A DNA stretch of 64,000 bases from a bacterium (GCA_030697795.1 JAUYOV010000007.1:73810-137809); one strand, 5' to 3'. Shown: positions 34,644 to 44,892, counted from the first letter of the stretch. Program-made: numbers and translations. The notes: a model not told the origin generated them from the sequence alone.

Positions 34644-36554
34644 ATGTCTAATATTCTTGACTCTCTAAATAAAGAACAGCGCGAAGCGGTAACTACTATA
34701 GATGGCCCTATTTTGATAATTGCGGGCGCAGGAAGCGGAAAAACCAAAGCCCTGACGCACAAAATTGCCTATTTAATAGAACAAGGAATTTCCCCGGAAA
34801 ATATTTTAGCTTTAACTTTTACAAATAAGGCTGCGGGGGAAATGAAAAACCGTATCAATAAACTGCTGACTAATAACTATCCACTACCAACTTTTGTAGG
34901 CACTTTCCATTCTTTTGCGGCCAGAATTTTAAGACGAGAAATAGATAATATTGGTTATGGCAAAAATTTTGTTATATACGACGTAAGCGACGTACTCTCT
35001 CTCTTAAAAGAAATTGTAGCCGAACTCGGCTTAGACCCAGACCAATTTAAAGCCAATGGTATATATTCGGCTATATCGCGCCAAAAAAATGAACTTGTTA
35101 ATGCCACGATTTATGCTGAAAAAGCAGGAAATTTTAGAGAAAAAATAATAGCTAAAGTTTTCGAAAAATACGAAGCGAGATTAAAAGAAGCTAATGCTTT
35201 AGATTTTGATGACTTGCTTTTACTGCTGGTTAAAGTTTTAAAAAATAATCCTGTTATATTAGAAAAATATCAAAACCAGTTTAAATATGTTTTGGTAGAC
35301 GAATACCAAGACACCAACCATGCTCAATACACTTTGTTAAAGATGTTAGCGCAAAAACACAAAAATATTTGTGTGGTGGGCGACGACTGGCAATCGATAT
35401 ACCTGTTTAGAGGATCCGATTTTAGAAATATGCTTAATTTTGAAAAAGATTATCCCGGCACAAAAATAATTTTTTTAGAAGAAAATTATAGAAGTTCTCA
35501 AAATGTTTTGGATGCCGCCCACGCGGTTATAGCCAAAAATGTTTTTAAAACAGAAAAAAAATTATGGACCGAGCGGGGCGGGGGCGAAAAAATTAAAATA
35601 ATCCAAACGAGCAACGAAACAGAGGAGGGGATTTTTGTGACCGAAGAAATTAAAAAAATATTAAGGACGCAATCAGAAATAGCGCGGGATTTAAATGATT
35701 TTGTTGTTCTTTACCGCACCAACGCCCAATCTCGCGCCATAGAAGAAGCCGTTATAAGGGCTGGCTGGCCCTACCGAATGGTGGGTGCTATAAAATTTTA
35801 CGAACGCCGAGAAGTTAAAGATATTATTGCTTACTTGCGATTTATTCAAAACGAAAAAGATTTAATCAGCTTAAAAAGAATTGTTAATGTGCCACCGCGC
35901 GGGATTGGCAAAACCACGCTAAACCAAATACTTTTAGCCGAACATATTTATGTCTTTAAACATACTAAGTTCGAAGGCTTTCTTAATTTAATTAACGAGA
36001 TTAAAAATGAATCGGCTAATAAAAAAGTTTCCGAGTTAATAAAATTTTTATTAGAAAAAATAGATTATAAAAAATATTGTTTGGATGGCACGGCCGAAGG
36101 CGAATCCCGTTGGGAAAATATTTTAGAACTTATAACCGTGGTCACTAAGTTTGATGTTTTAGAAACACCGGATGGGCTTTCTTCTTTTTTAGAAGAAATA
36201 ACTTTAACAACTTCGGCCGACGATATTTCGGAAGAAAACGGCACGCTAAATTTAATGACACTACATTCGGCCAAAGGTTTAGAATTTCCTGTGGTGTTTA
36301 TTATTGGTGCCGAAGAAGGCTTGTTACCACATGCACGAAGCATGTTTGACCAAACCCAAATGGAAGAAGAACGCCGTCTGGCTTACGTGGGCCTAACTCG
36401 GGCTAAAGAAAAGGCCTATTTTGTTTTTACGCGCCGAAGAAGCATATATGGTAAAAGTGAACCCGCCTTGCCTTCACGTTTTTTGGGTGATATACCAGTA
36501 AGATTGGTGGAGTTTGAAGAATACCAAGCAGGAGAAGAGGTGTTGGATATATAA
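34644..36554 (+). CDS. pcrA: UvrD/PcrA/Rep-family ATP-dependent DNA helicase
   Basis: Start at ATG MSNILDSLNKEQREAV; upstream track extension lies in the repeat. Walker A AGAGSGKT and helicase motifs through to C-terminus. Confidence 0.9.
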   Translation: MSNILDSLNKEQREAVTTIDGPILIIAGAGSGKTKALTHKIAYLIEQGISPENILALTFTNKAAGEMKNRINKLLTNNYPLPTFVGTFHSFAARILRREIDNIGYGKNFVIYDVSDVLSLLKEIVAELGLDPDQFKANGIYSAISRQKNELVNATIYAEKAGNFREKIIAKVFEKYEARLKEANALDFDDLLLLLVKVLKNNPVILEKYQNQFKYVLVDEYQDTNHAQYTLLKMLAQKHKNICVVGDDWQSIYLFRGSDFRNMLNFEKDYPGTKIIFLEENYRSSQNVLDAAHAVIAKNVFKTEKKLWTERGGGEKIKIIQTSNETEEGIFVTEEIKKILRTQSEIARDLNDFVVLYRTNAQSRAIEEAVIRAGWPYRMVGAIKFYERREVKDIIAYLRFIQNEKDLISLKRIVNVPPRGIGKTTLNQILLAEHIYVFKHTKFEGFLNLINEIKNESANKKVSELIKFLLEKIDYKKYCLDGTAEGESRWENILELITVVTKFDVLETPDGLSSFLEEITLTTSADDISEENGTLNLMTLHSAKGLEFPVVFIIGAEEGLLPHARSMFDQTQMEEERRLAYVGLTRAKEKAYFVFTRRRSIYGKSEPALPSRFLGDIPVRLVEFEEYQAGEEVLDI

Positions 36555-36559
36555 AAACA

Positions 36560-36682
36560 AATTTCTAATTACTAATATCTAATTTCTAATCAAATCCTAA
36601 GGCCTAATTATCAAACCTTAAAATAGACATTTTAGAATTAGACATTGATTAGATATTAGAAATTGGATATTAGATATTTCAA
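36560..36682. repeat. Inverted-repeat intergenic element, TCTAAT-unit family (copy 4, clearest example)
   Basis: Left arm aaatttctaattactaatatctaatttctaatcaa. Reverse complement of right arm aaatatctaatatccaatttctaatatctaatcaa. About 50-nt unique centre. Confidence 0.75.
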
Positions 36683-36685
36683 AAT

Positions 36686-37564
36686 ATGTTAAAAAGAAAA
36701 AATAAATTGTTATTAGAATCAGCCGACATTCGCCCAATTAAACATATGGGGCAAAACTTCTTAGTTTCCGAAGAAATTATAGAGAAAATAATTTTAGAGG
36801 CAAAGATTAAAACGGGCGAAACTATTTTAGAAGTTGGACCAGGTACGGGCAATTTAACTATGGCGTTATTGGCAACAGGGGCAAAAGTGGTAGCAATAGA
36901 AAAGGATTCTAAATTAGTTCATCTGTTAATTTCTAATTTCCAATTTCTAATTTCTAAAAAAAAATTAAAGGTAATTGAACAAGATATTTTGAGTTTTGAT
37001 GAAATGGCGATCAAATCGCCATATAGAGTAATCGCCAACATTCCCTATTATTTAACGGGCAAGCTGATTCAAAAATTTCTGCTTTCGGCTAATAAACCAT
37101 CGGAATTAATACTTATGGTTCAAAAAGAAGTGGGCGAGAGGATAACGGCGCAACCACCCAAAGCTAATTTTCTTTCTTCGCTAGTGCAGTTTCTGGCCGA
37201 AACCAAAATTTTATTTAAAGTAGGTAAAGAAAACTTCTGGCCTCAACCTAAAGTAGATTCAGCCTTGATTAAACTAACCCCGTACCAATATACACCGAGC
37301 ATACGATCGTATGCTCGTGATACGGTTGGAATCAATATCAATAATAATGAGGAATTTATAGAGTTTTTGAAGATGGTTTTTAGGCAACCGCGGCAGACGC
37401 TTTTTAATAATCTAAGAAAATATCTAGTTAGCACGAGTCAGCGATCGCCAGCTCATGCTAAATTAGATTCAGTCTTTCAAGAGCTTGGATTTGATAAAAA
37501 AATACGAGCTCAAAACTTGGGCAAGGAAGACCTTGTCAATCTTTTTAGCTTATTAGGATATTAG
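36686..37564 (+). CDS. rsmA: 16S rRNA (adenine1518/1519-N6)-dimethyltransferase RsmA/KsgA
   Basis: 292 aa. ILEVGPGTGNLT (SAM motif I) and NIPYYLTGKL match KsgA. Contains an internal ttaatttctaatttccaatttctaatttctaaaaaaaaa stretch coding LISNFQFLISKKK. Confidence 0.8.
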   Translation: MLKRKNKLLLESADIRPIKHMGQNFLVSEEIIEKIILEAKIKTGETILEVGPGTGNLTMALLATGAKVVAIEKDSKLVHLLISNFQFLISKKKLKVIEQDILSFDEMAIKSPYRVIANIPYYLTGKLIQKFLLSANKPSELILMVQKEVGERITAQPPKANFLSSLVQFLAETKILFKVGKENFWPQPKVDSALIKLTPYQYTPSIRSYARDTVGININNNEEFIEFLKMVFRQPRQTLFNNLRKYLVSTSQRSPAHAKLDSVFQELGFDKKIRAQNLGKEDLVNLFSLLGY

Positions 37565-37722
37565 CTTCCTAGTTTTCTAAAATATTATCTTCCTAATTCC
37601 TAAAAACCTAGAAAGCTAACTCCTAGTTAGCATAGTTTATTAATGTTTTTGCTGTTTTTCTGTGGAAAACATTAATAAATTTGCAGACGTAAAAACTCGC
37701 TAATAGTGTTAAAATTTACCTA

Positions 37723-38508
37723 ATGATTAATCACCCGAGAAAATACTTTTGGCTTGGCTTAGTTTTGGTTTTTTTGTTGGGTATTTTTGGTGGCGCTTAT
37801 TTGGTTTTAAGAACCACGGTTAGCTATGGCGAAGAAGAAGCTTCTACACCGCTGTCGGCAGGGAAATCGAGCGACGAACTGTTAGCCGAACTTTTAACAC
37901 TTAACGAACAAGAAAAAGAAAGCCAAAATGCTTATGTCGCGCCCGAAGATAAAAACTTAACAGATGATTTTTTAAGCACAATGGTTTCTGCCACTGGCAT
38001 ATCTGAAGCAGCTGTCAGAAAAGCTGAGAGTTCTGATTTTATGGTAGAAACGGTTTTGCCTTATTTTAAGTCAAACGAAATCAACTTACTTCCTATAATA
38101 CCGACTTCTGTTTTTAAAACAGTATCAGATTCAAAACTAAATTATAAAAAATATTTTACCGATACCGAAAAAGACGCGACAAATATATATGGTGCCATTA
38201 ACAAGATTCTAGATGTTGATTTAGAGAACATATCCGAAACGAAAGTTATAAATAATCTTACAACTTACTCCGAAACCTTAAGCATATCGTTTGGAAAACT
38301 TTCAGAAGTAAGTGTTCCTAAAAAATATACCGAACTTCACAAAAATATTTTGTTAAGTGCCATCTCTGCAAAAAAAATTGCGGAAGCAATGATTAACCGA
38401 GAAGAAGACCCTTTAAAAACCTTGATTGTTCTAAACCAATTCGACGAAGTTGTTTTGTTTTGGACAAAAACTTTTGGCGATTATCAAAAATATTTTTTGT
38501 TAAAGTAA
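37723..38508 (+). CDS. Hypothetical secreted/membrane-anchored protein (first gene of T4SS-like cluster)
   Basis: 261 aa. N-terminal TM/signal. Confidence 0.45.
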   Translation: MINHPRKYFWLGLVLVFLLGIFGGAYLVLRTTVSYGEEEASTPLSAGKSSDELLAELLTLNEQEKESQNAYVAPEDKNLTDDFLSTMVSATGISEAAVRKAESSDFMVETVLPYFKSNEINLLPIIPTSVFKTVSDSKLNYKKYFTDTEKDATNIYGAINKILDVDLENISETKVINNLTTYSETLSISFGKLSEVSVPKKYTELHKNILLSAISAKKIAEAMINREEDPLKTLIVLNQFDEVVLFWTKTFGDYQKYFLLK

Positions 38509-38511
38509 CTA

Positions 38512-41124
38512 ATGGAAAATAATAAAAAACACAAAAAAATAATATTAGTTACTTTAATATTGTTTATGTTTTTTTCTCTATTAATACCTAAAAAAGTAGA
38601 TGCTTTTGCTCCTTTTGGCGTTACCATAACTCTAAAAGACGTAGAAAGAAAAGCAGACGCATTTAAAAAAAAGCTTGGAAAATTTGGTGAAATTGCCTTT
38701 CAAGCTCTAAGAAAAAGAATGTTGATCCAGATCCAAAATGATTTGGTTAATTGGGCGCAAGGCAACGGAGATCCAAGATTTATAACAAATCCTGGAAAAT
38801 TTATTAAAGAAAACGCTACGTTTGCAGCAGTATCAACTATAGATAAATTTTTTAGACAACACGGAACCGACATCTGTTCTCCATTTAAAGCTAACGTACA
38901 ATTTTTAGTAAACAAAACCCAATTTTTAAGGGAAGAACAGCTACGTTGCAGCTGGACGGACGTTAAAGAAAATATGGAAAAGTTTGCTAATAATTTTGAG
39001 GATGGCGGCTGGACATCTTGGTTAAAACTTCACGAAACCAGAAACACATTACCCGGAGTCTACTTGGCCTCTACACAGCTTATAGGCCAGGAAGTTGCTC
39101 TTGCCGGAAATACAGCCCAAGCCAAGCTTTCAGCTGGCAAAGGTTTTTTGGATCAGAAAAAGTGCGCGGTATATACAATTCGTGCCGAATATACAATAAG
39201 TGGCGATGCCATAGACTCGGAAGGAAATTTAATAAGTCCAGACTCTCCACAATTTCAAGGTTTTACTGGTGTGGGGATATCGGATCCTGTAAAACCCCTA
39301 AAACCAATAGATATGGATAAACTACCGCCAAACGCAACATGTATCCAAGAAGAAACTGTAACACCAGGAAGTGTTGTTGGGGATTTTGTTACACAAGGAT
39401 TATTAAAGGGAAGTTTAGACAGTATAGTAAATGCTACTGAACTTAGTCAAATAGTTAATGCTGTTTTAGATGCTTATATAAATAAAGTTGCCCGTGATGG
39501 TTTATCTAACGTAAAAACTGGCAATGGATCATGGACATCGGCAAGTAAAGCTAATGGTGGAACATATAGTAGTTTGGATACTATAAAAACAAGCCAATTA
39601 GGCTTTGAAAGTCCCGAGGTAATTTCTTTATTAAATAGACTGATAGGATTTCAAAATACAGCGGGCCAACTAATAAACCAAATAAATTCTTTGGTAAGAA
39701 GCGAAGAACAAGCTGAAAATTTTAAAGAGAAGCTGAAAAATGACATTACAGCAATCAAACTTTCTACTGTGGGTGTAAATTTGGGTGGCGAAACTGACGA
39801 AACAGATGATGTTATTGATAGGCTTTACCACAGAAAAAATTACAACGATGAACCAAAGAACCCTGGCCCATATGTGGCTAATCAAGTTTTTTATAATGTA
39901 ATTGGTGGCTTATGGGAACAAATAGAAACTAAGCTAGAAGACATAGAAAATAAAAGCTGTTCAATTGCCAGTATCCCAGATATTCGAATCTACGCATCGC
40001 CTAAAAAAGAAGCACTGCCATTCACGGATGGTAATGGTAAAGTTTTTATTTGGCTCCCAGAAACCCTTACTTCTCCTACTGGAGCTCGTGCACCTTTTAC
40101 ATATCTTACATATGATGGAACGTTTACCCAAAATGTTGAAGATGTAGAACCAACAAAAATGACATCTTTTGATGCTTGGAAAAGCAGCTACTTAACGACT
40201 AACGGACTAATAGTGGCTGGGTCGGCAAAAAGTATAAATAAAACAACGGCTCAAGCATATGCAGAATCTATATCAAATTCAAAAAAGATTGCAGAAACCT
40301 TTCAAGAGGACTTAAAGGAGGTGTCGGAAGTAGTTGATGGCACAAGCAGGCTTACTTCTTTGCTTACAGATTACGACAAAGCGCTAAGAGAAACTAACAC
40401 TATAAAAGCAATGCAAGACTACTTATCTGCCTTAGAATCTAGTGATGAAAACCAACTCAAAACCAAGCGATCTGTTCTATTAGAAAAACAGCTTGAAGCC
40501 AGAAATAAATGGCGTTTAGACCAAGAAACAATATTAAAAGACTCAAACATCTCTATAACAGAAAAAGATAAAGTTGCCGCTAAAATTAGAATAATAGAAA
40601 TAGCTATAGACGCTATAGAAAGCTCTTTAAGAGGTTTGGCATCACTTGCCCCAGATTTAACGTCAAATTATATTTCTCTTAATACCGAAAATTTTTCGGA
40701 ACTCTCAAAAGATGAAGTTATAGAACTGGAAGAAAACACCAGAATTTATATTCGTTCTAGGATACCTACACCAGAACTAATTAAAATAATAGCTGTTTTA
40801 GATTCAGTAGATTTTATTAAAAACGGAGAAAGCGTTTCTGATGCTGTAGCTAACGCTTTGAGTATAAATATTCCACAAATAGAAAAAATGCTGGAAGAAA
40901 AAGAAAGCAGAGCTAGTTCATATTCTACAGATGTAACTAATACAGTTGGTAATTTCCTAACAAAAGAAGACGAAAACGAGGTGGGTAACATAGCAGAAAA
41001 AAGAAAGGAATTGGGAGTTACTGGTGGAGAAAGCGAGTGGGAAAAATATTATAAAAATAGATTTCAGTTGGCTTATGCGGTCTTAATTGATGACTATTTT
41101 ACAAATAAATTTCCCTGCAAATAA
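38512..41124 (+). CDS. Large (870 aa) secreted protein of the T4SS-like cluster, function unknown
   Basis: Signal peptide (LILFMFFSLLIPKKVDA). Long coiled-coil-rich C-terminal half. Start 4 nt after upstream stop. Confidence 0.5.
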   Translation: MENNKKHKKIILVTLILFMFFSLLIPKKVDAFAPFGVTITLKDVERKADAFKKKLGKFGEIAFQALRKRMLIQIQNDLVNWAQGNGDPRFITNPGKFIKENATFAAVSTIDKFFRQHGTDICSPFKANVQFLVNKTQFLREEQLRCSWTDVKENMEKFANNFEDGGWTSWLKLHETRNTLPGVYLASTQLIGQEVALAGNTAQAKLSAGKGFLDQKKCAVYTIRAEYTISGDAIDSEGNLISPDSPQFQGFTGVGISDPVKPLKPIDMDKLPPNATCIQEETVTPGSVVGDFVTQGLLKGSLDSIVNATELSQIVNAVLDAYINKVARDGLSNVKTGNGSWTSASKANGGTYSSLDTIKTSQLGFESPEVISLLNRLIGFQNTAGQLINQINSLVRSEEQAENFKEKLKNDITAIKLSTVGVNLGGETDETDDVIDRLYHRKNYNDEPKNPGPYVANQVFYNVIGGLWEQIETKLEDIENKSCSIASIPDIRIYASPKKEALPFTDGNGKVFIWLPETLTSPTGARAPFTYLTYDGTFTQNVEDVEPTKMTSFDAWKSSYLTTNGLIVAGSAKSINKTTAQAYAESISNSKKIAETFQEDLKEVSEVVDGTSRLTSLLTDYDKALRETNTIKAMQDYLSALESSDENQLKTKRSVLLEKQLEARNKWRLDQETILKDSNISITEKDKVAAKIRIIEIAIDAIESSLRGLASLAPDLTSNYISLNTENFSELSKDEVIELEENTRIYIRSRIPTPELIKIIAVLDSVDFIKNGESVSDAVANALSINIPQIEKMLEEKESRASSYSTDVTNTVGNFLTKEDENEVGNIAEKRKELGVTGGESEWEKYYKNRFQLAYAVLIDDYFTNKFPCK

Positions 41125-43391
41125 TGCCTAAGCTAATAAATTTAATTACGAAAAATTATTTTAAACTCCTAACTTTTGTTGGCTTGTTTTTGTTTGTACC
41201 AAAAATGGCTTTTGCGCAGTGGACTTTAATGGGTCTGGCCATGGATTCATTTTGGGACATTGTGCTGGGTATAGTTTCCCTGGTTATAGATTTTTTTGGA
41301 ATGTTATTAATAACCGCGGCGGGGTCTATAGTAAATTATGTTTTTAGTTTTCAATCTTTCGCCACTGTACCCGTGGTTCAAATCGGCTGGACCATCAGCC
41401 GAGACTTAGCCAATATGTTTTTTATATTAATAATGTTGCTTATAGCTTTTGGCACGGTTTTGCGTATGGAAACTTATAGCTGGAAAAAACTTATACCCAA
41501 ACTGGTTATTGCCGCTTTAACCATTAACTTTAGCTTGATAATCTGCGCCGCCGTAATTGATTTTGGCAATTCTGTTTCTAAATTTTTTATTTCTGGCGGT
41601 AATACTAGCGAAGAACTGGACGTGAGCGCCTCTATTTTAAGTTCTTTGCGCGCCGGCACCATCGCCCAGTTAAGAAACAACGTCAGCGGCAATTCGCCTG
41701 TAACATCTTTAATAATGGCCTCCATCGGCCAGCTTATAATGTACGTGGTTATTGCTCTTATATTACTGGCTTACGCGGGAGTTATGATATCTAGGTTAAT
41801 AAAATTGTGGATTTTAATTATAATCTCGCCTTTGGCTTGGGTAAGCTCGGCCTTGCCGGGAATTAAAGGCGTGCCGGGGCTTAGCAACCGCTTTAGCGAA
41901 TGGTGGGGCAAATTTTTTAACCTGGCTGTATTTTTTCCTGTTTCTATAAGCTTTTTTTTGATGCTGGGCTTGATAGCTGGGTCTACATTTAATTCGCTGG
42001 AACAAAGCACTATAAATGATATTAGCGGTAGCAATTTTGACAGCCTAAGAGACGCCGGCGGATTTTGGGAAGTACTTTTTCCATCTACGGGTTTTTCGGT
42101 AATAATGCAGTTTATTCTGGTGATTGGCATTTTATGGTACGGCTTAGAGCAGGCCAAAGCCTCGGGCACTTACGGCGGTAAATTGGTGGTGGGCTGGGCC
42201 GAACAAGGCAGAAAATGGGCGGAAGGTAAGTTAAAAACCAGCCCACGATTGGTTGGCGGAACCGCCTTGAGAATGGCTGATCGGCTTGCGGGAACAGGAG
42301 CGGCCACCAGAGGTATAGCTAGAGGCTTAGAATATTTAGAAAAAAAGCCACTAATAGGCCGAGCTATTGGCGGAGCCGGCACAAGGTTTGCGGCTCAACA
42401 AAAGGCGCTTAATGATGCTGCGGGCAAAACTGCTAAGCTCCGTCCTAACGATATAGAAGTTAAATTAAAACAAGCAGCTTTTACGCCCGAAGGTTTAGCT
42501 GAACGCGCTGGTTTAATAAAGAATTTAATAGACAAGGGGCAATTTACTTTGGACCAAAAACCTGAATTTGAGAAGGAATGGCTTAGTATGCTTCAGACGT
42601 TTCAAAACTTTGGCGGAAGTGTAGTTGATCTTATAAAAAAACGTCCAGACTTAGCTTTAAACGAAAATGTTCAAAAAATGATTGGGCGCGATGTTAATGC
42701 TCCACCACCCGTACAGGCTAAATGGAACAAAATTTCAACCCTCGCAACACCAGAAGCTAAAGAAGCCGATATTCATAAAATACTTAATGAGGATATATTT
42801 AAAACATCTGCTGATATTGCAGGTATTCAAAAAGAAGCCTTTGATACAAAAGGAAAATTGGATCCAGTACAACTTACACAATACGATAGGATTGGTGGTG
42901 ATATGAAAACAAGAAAAGAAACACATGAAACAGACATCGAAAGCAATAATAGAGAAATTAAAGAACTGGAAATTCAACTTGCAGCCGCAAGAAACCAAAA
43001 TAACGCCGCTGACATTACCCGTCTTGAACATATAATAGAAGGACTAGCTTCGGCCGAAGAAAACCTAATGAGAAATTACACGGTAGAAATGAAAGATCTT
43101 ATGACTCAACAAATCCAAGTATCTGGCCGAACGGGGCAAAAAATGTTGCTTGATTTTTTGGCTAAGGAGTCTGAAAAAGCGGGCACTATGACCCAGGGCA
43201 ACTTAAATTCTTTAGCTTCCAAAAATAAGGCTGCTCATTTGGAACTTATGAAATATCTTAGCCTTGTGGCTCCTGGCATGAAAGGTAAATGGAAAGACAG
43301 TATTTATAAACAAGTCATAACCAACGAAACATTAAATACTATGCCTGATCCCTTAGCGGCAGCTCCACCACCACCTCCAGCAGGTCCATAA
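41124..43391 (+). CDS. VirB6/TrbL-like polytopic membrane protein with long C-terminal coiled-coil tail ending in poly-Pro
   Basis: 755 aa. 6+ hydrophobic helices in the first ~330 aa. Position adjacent to the VirB3/VirB4-like genes. C-terminus ...AAAPPPPPAGP. ATGA overlap with upstream gene. Confidence 0.5.
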   Translation: MPKLINLITKNYFKLLTFVGLFLFVPKMAFAQWTLMGLAMDSFWDIVLGIVSLVIDFFGMLLITAAGSIVNYVFSFQSFATVPVVQIGWTISRDLANMFFILIMLLIAFGTVLRMETYSWKKLIPKLVIAALTINFSLIICAAVIDFGNSVSKFFISGGNTSEELDVSASILSSLRAGTIAQLRNNVSGNSPVTSLIMASIGQLIMYVVIALILLAYAGVMISRLIKLWILIIISPLAWVSSALPGIKGVPGLSNRFSEWWGKFFNLAVFFPVSISFFLMLGLIAGSTFNSLEQSTINDISGSNFDSLRDAGGFWEVLFPSTGFSVIMQFILVIGILWYGLEQAKASGTYGGKLVVGWAEQGRKWAEGKLKTSPRLVGGTALRMADRLAGTGAATRGIARGLEYLEKKPLIGRAIGGAGTRFAAQQKALNDAAGKTAKLRPNDIEVKLKQAAFTPEGLAERAGLIKNLIDKGQFTLDQKPEFEKEWLSMLQTFQNFGGSVVDLIKKRPDLALNENVQKMIGRDVNAPPPVQAKWNKISTLATPEAKEADIHKILNEDIFKTSADIAGIQKEAFDTKGKLDPVQLTQYDRIGGDMKTRKETHETDIESNNREIKELEIQLAAARNQNNAADITRLEHIIEGLASAEENLMRNYTVEMKDLMTQQIQVSGRTGQKMLLDFLAKESEKAGTMTQGNLNSLASKNKAAHLELMKYLSLVAPGMKGKWKDSIYKQVITNETLNTMPDPLAAAPPPPPAGP

Positions 43392-43400
43392 AATAAAAAT

Positions 43401-44087
43401 ATGAACAGCCAACAACTAACATTAGACCAAATAGAACAACTAAACCAAGTTTCGGACCCAGTGGCCCGAAGACGCTTTTCTGTTCTGTTTCAGTTGCCCC
43501 AAGACTTGCAAACTGCTTTTGAAAGCGAGCAAACCGAAAATAGCGTTTGGGATATTGCTAAGGTAAAATATGATTTAGTCGATAGCGACGTCAGCAAAGT
43601 TTCACGAATAATCGGCTTAATATTTTTGGGTGAACTGCCCATTAAAAACTTTATTGCCGAATTAAAAAATAAATTAAATGTAGATATTCAAAAAGCCCAA
43701 GCCATTGCTCAAGATATTAACCAAGCCATCTTCCAGCCGGTCAGAACAAGTTTGATGCAAGTGCATGGGATAACCTCTACCGAAAATCCGAAATCCTCCT
43801 CCTTCGCTAAAGCTACGAAGGACAAGCAAATACCCCTACTCCGCCCACCCTTCGCCAGAGGCTACGGCGTGGCACAGCAACCTGTTAAACTTACACCACC
43901 GGCCTATCAACCTAGTTACGATAATGCCCAAAAAAGAAGAGATGAGGTGTTAAGTAAAATTAGACAGCAACCCCCTCCAGCTAAGCCCGCCTCGTTTTAT
44001 TTTTCTCGCAATATAAGACCAAATAACCTGAAGAAAAGTAAAATGACGAAGAGAGTTAATAATAAGTACGATGGATTTTTTAGTTAA
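43401..44087 (+). CDS. Hypothetical protein (T4SS-like cluster); contains in-frame GC-rich palindromic motif
   Basis: 228 aa. Internal segment aaatcctcctccttcgctaaagctacgaagg (43794-43821) coding SSSFAKATKD, see findings. Confidence 0.45.
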   Translation: MNSQQLTLDQIEQLNQVSDPVARRRFSVLFQLPQDLQTAFESEQTENSVWDIAKVKYDLVDSDVSKVSRIIGLIFLGELPIKNFIAELKNKLNVDIQKAQAIAQDINQAIFQPVRTSLMQVHGITSTENPKSSSFAKATKDKQIPLLRPPFARGYGVAQQPVKLTPPAYQPSYDNAQKRRDEVLSKIRQQPPPAKPASFYFSRNIRPNNLKKSKMTKRVNNKYDGFFS

Positions 44088-44122
44088 CACACTAATATAT
44101 AAATGACAAATGAATCCAAAAA

Positions 44123-44155
44123 CCCTAAATCATAAATCCGAAACTCTAAACAAAC
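44123..44155. repeat. Left arm of inverted-repeat element carrying four-helix-bundle gene (CTAAAT-unit family)
   Basis: ccctaaatcataaatccgaaactctaaacaaac. Reverse complement resembles right arm at 44531-44575. Confidence 0.6.
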
Positions 44156-44159
44156 ACTA

Positions 44160-44519
44160 ATGAACCAAATTACAAACAAGAATAATTACGACCTAGAAGA
44201 AAGGACGTTAAAATTTGCCCAAAGAGTAAATGAATATGTCCGTAAGTTATCAAGGACAATAACTAACATAGAGAATGGCAAACAATTAGTGAGATCAGGT
44301 GGATCAGTAGGAGCAAACTATATAGAAGCTAACGAATCCCTTGGTAGAAAAGACTTTATGATGAGAATTAAGATATCCAAAAAAGAAACAAAAGAAAGTA
44401 GATACTGGCTAATACTAACAGAGCCGAATAAAGACAACCTACTTGAAAAAGAAAGTTTGATTAAGGAATCTACGGAGCTTATGAAAATATTTGGTTCAAT
44501 CCTAGAAAAATCAAAATAG
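44160..44519 (+). CDS. Four-helix-bundle protein (family often found in 23S rRNA intervening sequences)
   Basis: 119 aa. ...TLKFAQRVNEYVRKLSRTITNIENGKQLVRSGGSVGANYIEANESLGRKDFMMRIKISKKETKESRYWLILTE matches the four-helix-bundle (TIGR02436-type) signature (QLxRS..SIGANI.EA...S.KDF...I..KE..ET.YWL). Confidence 0.7.
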   Translation: MNQITNKNNYDLEERTLKFAQRVNEYVRKLSRTITNIENGKQLVRSGGSVGANYIEANESLGRKDFMMRIKISKKETKESRYWLILTEPNKDNLLEKESLIKESTELMKIFGSILEKSK

Positions 44520-44530
44520 GTTATTGGTAA

Positions 44531-44575
44531 ATTGTGATTTATAATTTGTTTAGGATTTAGATATTAGAATTTAGT
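44531..44575. repeat. Right arm of inverted-repeat element carrying four-helix-bundle gene
   Basis: aattgtgatttataatttgtttaggatttagatattagaatttag. Confidence 0.6.
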
Positions 44576-44591
44576 ATTTCACACACATATT

Positions 44592-44870
44592 ATGCAATTT
44601 CAGGTTCCACAATTTATAGAAATGGAAGATAAAATAATCGGCCCGTTAACCCTAAAGCAGTTTGGCTTTGTGGCGGTGGCCGGTGTACTTTGTTTTATAT
44701 TTTTTAGCACTCTTACCACCACTTTTGCGTTTATTCTTTCTTTCCCTGTGGCTTTAGCGGCTCTGGTTTTGGCTTTTGGCAAAATTAAGGGCCTACCAGC
44801 CTTAAAATATTTATCGTCGTTTATTAAATTTTCCTTAAAGCCACAATTATACTTGTGGAAGAAGAAATGA
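44592..44870 (+). CDS. PrgI-family / VirB3-like small membrane protein (precedes VirB4 as in Gram-positive T4SS)
   Basis: 92 aa. MQFQVPQFIEMEDKIIGPLTLKQFGFVAVAGVLCFIFF... fits the PrgI family N-terminal pattern (..P.FI..EDKI.GPLTL.Q) plus two TM helices. Confidence 0.55.
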   Translation: MQFQVPQFIEMEDKIIGPLTLKQFGFVAVAGVLCFIFFSTLTTTFAFILSFPVALAALVLAFGKIKGLPALKYLSSFIKFSLKPQLYLWKKK

Positions 44871-44892
44871 TAAACAATCAAATTATAAATAC

